Positions 58,391 through 64,000 of a stretch of 64,000 bases of DNA are shown here, piece by piece. The position numbers and the translations under genes were made by a program. Numbering within the stretch: the first letter of the stretch is position 1; every line of letters begins with the position of its first letter. Source of the stretch: an archaeon (GTDB taxonomy: Archaea > EX4484-52 > WAPT01); NCBI GenBank assembly GCA_029258795.1, contig JAPDKB010000007.1, positions 128,001 to 192,000 of the forward strand, read 5' to 3'. Below the pieces are notes generated by a model, which was not told the origin of the DNA, did not search any database, and saw only the letters and a list, made by a program, of their open reading frames with translations.

Positions 58391-59065
58391 ATGGCTGAGA
58401 AAGGTAAGGAAGTGCAGCAAGTACAACAGCAGGGAAATAGTGGTGATACTCAACAGGACATGCTTGTACCTCTCAACACGTATCTGGCTGCGGGAATCCA
58501 TATTGGTATGAGGTTCCGCGTCAAATACATGAAAAAGTTCATTTATAAGGTAAGGCCCAACAGAATATGCGTTTTCGATGTTCAGAAGATAGATGAGAGG
58601 TTGAGGATTGCCGCAAAATTCCTTGCAAAATACAAGCCGGAAGATATTCTGGTTGTGGGAAGGAAGCCAAATTCCCACAAGCCCGTGGTCAAGTTCGCTG
58701 AGGCAACTGGGGCAAAAGCGGTCTACGGCAGATTCATGCCGGGAGCCCTCACCAACCCCTATCAGGAAGTTTATCTTGAGCCAAAGATAGTTGTGATCAC
58801 GGACCCCATAGCTGACAGGCAGGCGCTGGAAGAAGCGGTCAAGAGCAACATACCGGTGATAGCGTTGTGCGATAGTTTCAACCACCCATCCAACGTTGAT
58901 CTGGTTATTCCGTGCAACAACAAAGGAAGGAAATCTCTGGCTCTGATTTACTGGATTCTTGCGAGGGAGTATCTCAAGGAAAGAGGTACGATTAAAGGAG
59001 ATGCGGAGTTCAAGTACAGCCTGGATGACTTCATAATGCCCGTAGAACAGCATCAGAATGAATAA
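58391..59065 (+). CDS. rps2: 30S ribosomal protein uS2
   Basis: YLAAGIHIG, GRFMPG.LTNP, DP..D.QA, NNKG. Confidence 0.97.
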   Translation: MAEKGKEVQQVQQQGNSGDTQQDMLVPLNTYLAAGIHIGMRFRVKYMKKFIYKVRPNRICVFDVQKIDERLRIAAKFLAKYKPEDILVVGRKPNSHKPVVKFAEATGAKAVYGRFMPGALTNPYQEVYLEPKIVVITDPIADRQALEEAVKSNIPVIALCDSFNHPSNVDLVIPCNNKGRKSLALIYWILAREYLKERGTIKGDAEFKYSLDDFIMPVEQHQNE

Positions 59066-59091
59066 AAAGCTTCGAATTCTCATCTCAGTGA

Positions 59092-59556
59092 ATGATAGAA
59101 TACATTTTCAGCTCACCAACAGTGAGGGTTGCGGTTCTTGCTTCTCTTCCTTTTAGCGAGAATAGGGGTGCTATTATCTATGGCGTGGCTTCAGGCATGA
59201 ACCCTTTGTTAACTTACGTTGTCTCATGCACTTTCAACATCCTTGCTGTCATTCTTGTCTACTGGATCGTCACCAATTCCTTTGTGGGAAAGCTTCTCCA
59301 TAAGATTTTTCAAAAGCACATAGAGAAGAAAATAGCAGGTAATAAAGAAAAACTGGAAAAGTATGAGGAGCTTGCTCTTCTCATTTTCGTTGCTGTGCCG
59401 TTTGTAGGTACTGGCGGCTATACAGGACTTTTAATTGCTTCATTTCTCGGTCTGGATTTCAAAAAGAGTTCTGTGGTAATTTCAGCGGGGATATTGATCG
59501 CTGGACTGATAACTTTACTGGCCTCACTCGGATTCAGATTCGTTACAGTAGGGTGA
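59092..59556 (+). CDS. Small multidrug export family protein (COG2426)
   Basis: LP..E.RGAI, L..FVAVP..GTG.YTG. Confidence 0.85.
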   Translation: MIEYIFSSPTVRVAVLASLPFSENRGAIIYGVASGMNPLLTYVVSCTFNILAVILVYWIVTNSFVGKLLHKIFQKHIEKKIAGNKEKLEKYEELALLIFVAVPFVGTGGYTGLLIASFLGLDFKKSSVVISAGILIAGLITLLASLGFRFVTVG

Positions 59557-59578
59557 AGTGGAAGAAAGAAAATCCACT

Positions 59579-60118
59579 TCACTCGAATATCTCGAATTCA
59601 CATCTGTCATGGCCTGCAGCCATACACTTGACCTCTCTGACGTCAAGCTGCTTTTTGAACAGCTCTGAAAGGAACCCTGCAAAAAGTCCTGAAAGGTAAT
59701 AACATGTTTTTGTTTTCTCTCCTATGTTCTTGCTCCACATGTCTGCTGTTGGTGATGAAGGCACGATGATTTTCTCACCATCAAATGTTATCTTGGAATA
59801 ACCGGAATACATCAGGAACCCGAAAAACTTTCCTATGGTGTCTTCCACACTTTCGCCCTCCACATGATGTGCCTTGAAATATTCCTTTCCAGCTTCCACT
59901 CCTATGTTGTACAGTATTCCCCCTCCTGTAGGGCCAACATACTCCTTCAGTATTTTGAGCACCTCTGCCATGAAGTAGTCGGCACCCATCAGCACCAATC
60001 TCTTACCATTCACTATAAAGTTACCGTTGGTATCGCCATGCGCCTTCAGGCCCACAAGCCTCTTGAACTCACCATCCCTTATCTTTTCTATTTTTTTGGT
60101 GTCGAACTCCATAACCAT
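59579..60118 (-). CDS. V4R-domain protein
   Basis: C..L.G...G...E.KC.A.G...C.F. Confidence 0.85.
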   Translation of the reverse strand: MVMEFDTKKIEKIRDGEFKRLVGLKAHGDTNGNFIVNGKRLVLMGADYFMAEVLKILKEYVGPTGGGILYNIGVEAGKEYFKAHHVEGESVEDTIGKFFGFLMYSGYSKITFDGEKIIVPSSPTADMWSKNIGEKTKTCYYLSGLFAGFLSELFKKQLDVREVKCMAAGHDRCEFEIFE

Positions 60119-60136
60119 TTACCTCACCTCCATTCA

Positions 60137-60805
60137 TTAACTCTTTGCTTTTTCACCAACAAATTCGCAGTAATCATCACCCATTGCCTCGCATTTGGTT
60201 TCCCTCACCACTATTTCCTCCCCTACAAGCTCGGACACCACACCTCCCACAACTCCAGCTATGAAATGACATACTGGCTCTTTTGCTTTTATACCGTTGT
60301 TGCGGTAATATGCCGCTACGAACGTGTTCCTTATTCTAGCTATGTAGTGGTGGTTATCGGTATCGAAACAGACAATGTCTGTGTTGCCCAAGAAGCCCGA
60401 GTGCTTCCCGTATCCAACAATTTTTGCACACATCTCGAATGGTGTATCTCCCTTTATTTTCTCCAAGGTTTTCAGGTCGAAACCGCTCTTGAGGAGAGCG
60501 AGTGCAGCCCCGCCCATACTCTTTGATGAACGCTTGAACATGACCGCTATATTTTTTCCGGCGTTGTAACCAAAGTCATACGTCATTCTTTTCGTCATGG
60601 CCTCTCCAACGAACTGTTCCAGAGCCTTGACCACATCGTGAAAAATTACATAATTAATAAGAACGAATCTTCTTCCATGATATTCTATAACTCCATTCTT
60701 ATCGGGCTCGATTGGGGTTAATTTGGGGGCAAGAGCGTAAAATGCTTCTCTAATCTCCGCAAATCTTTTCATCTCCTCTTCAGGAAGCTGTTTATACTCT
60801 GGCAT
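60137..60805 (-). CDS. V4R-domain protein
   Basis: PVCHFIAG...G...ETKCEAMGDDYCEF. Confidence 0.88.
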   Translation of the reverse strand: MPEYKQLPEEEMKRFAEIREAFYALAPKLTPIEPDKNGVIEYHGRRFVLINYVIFHDVVKALEQFVGEAMTKRMTYDFGYNAGKNIAVMFKRSSKSMGGAALALLKSGFDLKTLEKIKGDTPFEMCAKIVGYGKHSGFLGNTDIVCFDTDNHHYIARIRNTFVAAYYRNNGIKAKEPVCHFIAGVVGGVVSELVGEEIVVRETKCEAMGDDYCEFVGEKAKS

Positions 60806-61204
60806 GCGACCACCCTGCTCTTCGAAAACCTGTTATATCCATATTTTCTCGAAAGTCGTATATATAGATTGCAGTTCGATGATTGCTGAACAAAAATCAC
60901 ATTTTTCACCCGTAAACTGAGGTCAAAATCCATAGCAGAAGTTCAGCACCACCCACCATTGCAATAAAAACAGGCACCTGTTGGAAGTAATGCTTATTTT
61001 GTCTTTTCTGTTTATCCGTAGTCCGATTAGGAAGGTGACGCAGAATGCGACCAAAAAAAGAAAATAGAGACAAAGTGTACTGCTGTGATGAAGTATCATG
61101 AGAATTTTTTGTGTGATTGCAGGTTATGAAAATTTTTAGAAAAATCAAAACAAGATAGATTGATAAAAATTTCCGGCTGAAATCATGTGGTACAATTGTA
61201 GAAG

Positions 61205-61786
61205 GTGAAGGGTGTGGACATCGAAGGCATTATATCAAGACTTCTCGCGCTCGGAGCTGATCTGAGCACGAGAGGGGCTGTTAAAAAAGCTCTGAAAGGA
61301 ATTGTGGAGGATGATGAAGCACTCGACCAAATTTATGTGGCCATAAAGAATCGAGCTTATCGAGAGGCATTTTCCAGAGTGCCGGTAAATAAGAGAGCTG
61401 TGTTCCTTCCGGCATGCCTGAGAAACTCGCAGAAGTGCAAAGCTGAAATGACACCTGAAGCGGGTTATGTTTGCAAGAGATGTGGAGCATGCGTGATAAA
61501 AGATCTGGTTGAGTTTGCTGAAAAGCTGGGATACAAGCACATTTATGTTGTGCCGGGAGGAAGTCTGGTAATGAAAATAATCAAGAGAGGTCTGAAAAAT
61601 CGAGAGATACTTGCGGCTTTGGGTGTTGCATGCACAGCAGAACTTGTTGAAGCATCGGAGAAGCTGTCCATTTTAGGGTTGCCGCAACAAGGAGTCCCTC
61701 TGCTGAAAACAGGTTGTGTGGATACTCTGGTTGATAAAGAAGAGGTTATGCGCGTTCTTGAACTCGGGGTTGATGAGAAAAAATGA
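61205..61786 (+). CDS. DUF116-domain protein
   Basis: FLP.CLR...C......C..CG.C, VPGGS, GVAC..EL, GC.DT. Confidence 0.88.
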   Translation: MKGVDIEGIISRLLALGADLSTRGAVKKALKGIVEDDEALDQIYVAIKNRAYREAFSRVPVNKRAVFLPACLRNSQKCKAEMTPEAGYVCKRCGACVIKDLVEFAEKLGYKHIYVVPGGSLVMKIIKRGLKNREILAALGVACTAELVEASEKLSILGLPQQGVPLLKTGCVDTLVDKEEVMRVLELGVDEKK

Positions 61787-61793
61787 AATGAAA

Positions 61794-63002
61794 TCAGCTT
61801 AACTTTTTGCCACTCCAAACCCTCAGCTTTCTCAGGAAGAGCAGATATCCTGCCAAAAACCCTGCAAGTGTGCACAGCGCATATATGAAAATCACTTCCT
61901 TCGGAGCCAGATATCTGAGCATCACACCTGTTATGAATGCTGCCCCCGCTCCGGTCAAAGTATCGTAGGCCTGAAAATATCCCAGATATTCTCCTCTCAG
62001 CTTGCTGGGTATGTGGAGCGTTTCTATTCTTGCTATTGAAGGACCATTAAATGTTTTGCCAAGGGAAAGGAGTAATGCTCCTGTCACAAAAACCAGTATA
62101 TTTGGAGCAAGAGCCATGATGAGAAAGGACAGGCAGTACAGCGTGAACGCTATCTTTAATCCTGTCACTGCTGAATGCTTGTCCACAAATCTTCCTGAAA
62201 GTGGGAGAGCGAACATGGCTATCACACCCATAAGCGAGAACACCAGTCCTGTGTAAAAATCGGAATGAGTCATGGCGTAGATTGCAAAAGGGAACACTAT
62301 CGGCTCCATCGCCCAGTGGGATTGAGTTATACCCTCCGTGAAAAACCGGAAGAAAAGGAAGGGATTGGAGGTTATATCTCCTAGAGATTTCCGCATGGTT
62401 TGATTGTGAGGTGGTGTTTGTGCACCATCCTCCTCCCTGTACTCGCGGAAGACCCGTATTACAAGAAGTGCGATCAAAAGATAAACAGCCGGAAGCATAA
62501 AGTAAGGAGCCCTCAACCCGTAAACATCAGCAACGTATCCTGAAAAGAGCGCACCACAGCTTCCCGCTATGGATTGAGCTGAGAATCTGTAGCCGGAAAG
62601 CTCCGCAATGTTCTTCCTCTTTTTTACCATATCCTGAAAAATGGCGTTTATCATTAGTCCCATGGTGGCTGATGAAAACGCCCAGACAGCCCTGCCAGCC
62701 GCGTACTGAAACGCGTTGTGGGAAGTAGCATAGATGATGGGAAAGATGAGGCCAGCAATGACTCCCACCATGGTGGTGCGTTTCTTTCCCCATTCAACGC
62801 TCTTCCGCCCTACATAAATTGAAAAGAAGAAGGACAGCAAAGTTCCAAGAGAGAATATTGCACCAACAACTCTTGTATCATTGCAGATCGAGTTTATGAA
62901 CCTCGATTCTATAGGGGCAAGCAAGGATCCTGCGAAGACAGAAAGTGATGAAATGAGGATCAAGATAATTACGGGTGTGGCTTCTGAGTTCTTACTTTCC
63001 AT
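61794..63002 (-). CDS. MFS transporter
   Basis: About 12 TMs; G...D..G-like loops. Confidence 0.88.
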   Translation of the reverse strand: MESKNSEATPVIILILISSLSVFAGSLLAPIESRFINSICNDTRVVGAIFSLGTLLSFFFSIYVGRKSVEWGKKRTTMVGVIAGLIFPIIYATSHNAFQYAAGRAVWAFSSATMGLMINAIFQDMVKKRKNIAELSGYRFSAQSIAGSCGALFSGYVADVYGLRAPYFMLPAVYLLIALLVIRVFREYREEDGAQTPPHNQTMRKSLGDITSNPFLFFRFFTEGITQSHWAMEPIVFPFAIYAMTHSDFYTGLVFSLMGVIAMFALPLSGRFVDKHSAVTGLKIAFTLYCLSFLIMALAPNILVFVTGALLLSLGKTFNGPSIARIETLHIPSKLRGEYLGYFQAYDTLTGAGAAFITGVMLRYLAPKEVIFIYALCTLAGFLAGYLLFLRKLRVWSGKKLS

Positions 63003-63053
63003 GTTGTGAAAATGTCACAAACATTTATATATACCTTACTTAAAATTTAGTGT

Positions 63054-63896
63054 ATGCGTTATCCCGTGGCACAGGGTTTCTATCCGTGGAGAAAGAACGA
63101 GCTTCTAAAAATGCTTGAAGCTCTTTTCGAGAAAGCGGAGAAGAAGGACGTGGGCAACATAATTGGGGGTGTTGTGCCCCACGCGGGCTATGTTTACTCC
63201 GGACTCACGGCAGCGCACTTCTACAAAAACATCAGGGATAGTTATGATGTTGTTATCATTCTCGGCACAAATCATACCGGACTTGGAGAAAAAGCAGCCA
63301 TCTCCCGAGAGCCATGGGAAACTCCGCTTGGTACGGTGGAGGTCGATCTCGAGCTTGCTGATGCCTTAATGGACGCATGTCACCACATAAAAGCTGATGA
63401 GCTAGCTCATCTCTATGAGCACAGCATTGAGGTGCAGCTTCCGTTTCTTCAGTACAAGCTGAAGGATTTCAGGTTCGTGCCAATCACGATCATGAGCAAC
63501 GGTAACCCTGCTTTCTACATGGAAATTGGAAAAGCGATTCACTCTTGCTTAAAAGGGGTGGATGCTCTGGTTATAGCAAGTTCAGATTTCACGCATTTTG
63601 GAGAAGGGTATGGGTTTGTGCCCACAACATCTGACCCCCTTCAATGGGTTAAGAAAACGGATTTGAAGGCGGTGGATGCCATAATTGAGCTTGATGACAT
63701 GGAGTTCCTCTCCATAGCAAAATCCACCACGATATGCGGGGCTGGAGCAATAGCAACCCTCATAAATGTTATGAAAGAGGAGAAGGCAAAGGGCACACTC
63801 CTCCATTACTCCACATCTTACGATGTTTCTCGGAAGAAGGACATCATAGTGGGTTATGCTTCTGTGGGTTTCGTGAAGGAAAGAAAAAAGAAATAA
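63054..63896 (+). CDS. MEMO1 / AmmeMemoRadiSam protein B
   Basis: PVA..FYP, PHAGY.YSG, EHSIEVQLPF, SSDFTH, CG, VGY. Confidence 0.93.
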   Translation: MRYPVAQGFYPWRKNELLKMLEALFEKAEKKDVGNIIGGVVPHAGYVYSGLTAAHFYKNIRDSYDVVIILGTNHTGLGEKAAISREPWETPLGTVEVDLELADALMDACHHIKADELAHLYEHSIEVQLPFLQYKLKDFRFVPITIMSNGNPAFYMEIGKAIHSCLKGVDALVIASSDFTHFGEGYGFVPTTSDPLQWVKKTDLKAVDAIIELDDMEFLSIAKSTTICGAGAIATLINVMKEEKAKGTLLHYSTSYDVSRKKDIIVGYASVGFVKERKKK

Positions 63897-63930
63897 GCCG
63901 ATTTAATGCTGAGAAAGGAGGTGTAACGTT

Positions 63931-64000
63931 ATGAAGGTGTATGCTATTGGCGGATATAACGAAGTGGGCAAAAACATGACTGCTGTTGAGGTTGATGGAG
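63931..64000 (+). CDS. rnj: RNase J / beta-CASP ribonuclease, 5' fragment
   Basis: GGAGGTG RBS; MKVYAIGGYNEVGKNMTAVEVDG. Confidence 0.85.
   Translation, partial: MKVYAIGGYNEVGKNMTAVEVDG

Noticed and set aside
61085-61130. GTGATGA C-box and GGTTATGA (tRNA-Met complement) suggesting a second C/D sRNA
   Set aside because: No correctly placed D/D' boxes and no terminal stem.
60906-61148. Short hydrophobic ORFs in two minus-strand frames
   Set aside because: No RBS or motif; may be a decayed gene, but I cannot support that.
1-64000. CRISPR arrays, tRNAs or split-tRNA halves, rRNA, IS elements, alternative genetic code
   Set aside because: None seen by eye; conserved genes end in all three stop codons and aRF1 has canonical motifs. 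A tRNAscan/SPLITS run is needed to exclude tRNA halves.

Overview
Archaeal chromosomal DNA from a probable thermophile (reverse gyrase at the left edge, HMf-type histone, aRF1, PAN, class I LysRS, Taw1, aTrm56, Nop10, Rpo6). Shuffled gene order, many orphan ORFs and a fibre-like surface protein suggest a DPANN-type lineage, but that is inference only. The main feature is an approximately 11-kb divergent double operon (34.6-45.7 kb) encoding the archaeal (anhydromevalonate phosphate) mevalonate pathway from acetyl-CoA to IPP. It includes an LpdD-like prenyl-flavin chaperone, two uncharacterised coupled ORFs, a leader ORF, operator-like palindromes, and a mevalonate kinase whose two canonical catalytic residues are substituted. 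Also found: an unannotated C/D-box sRNA predicted to guide 16S Cm1402; a long, highly structured 5' leader with an aromatic-rich uORF ahead of an orphan protein + M28 peptidase operon; two TA modules with inverted-repeat operators; Elp3 plus a Trm9-like methylase; a PAS/pseudo-HisKA protein; tandem V4R proteins. I saw no tRNA, rRNA, CRISPR array, integrase or transposase. All calls are from motif reading; no searches were run.
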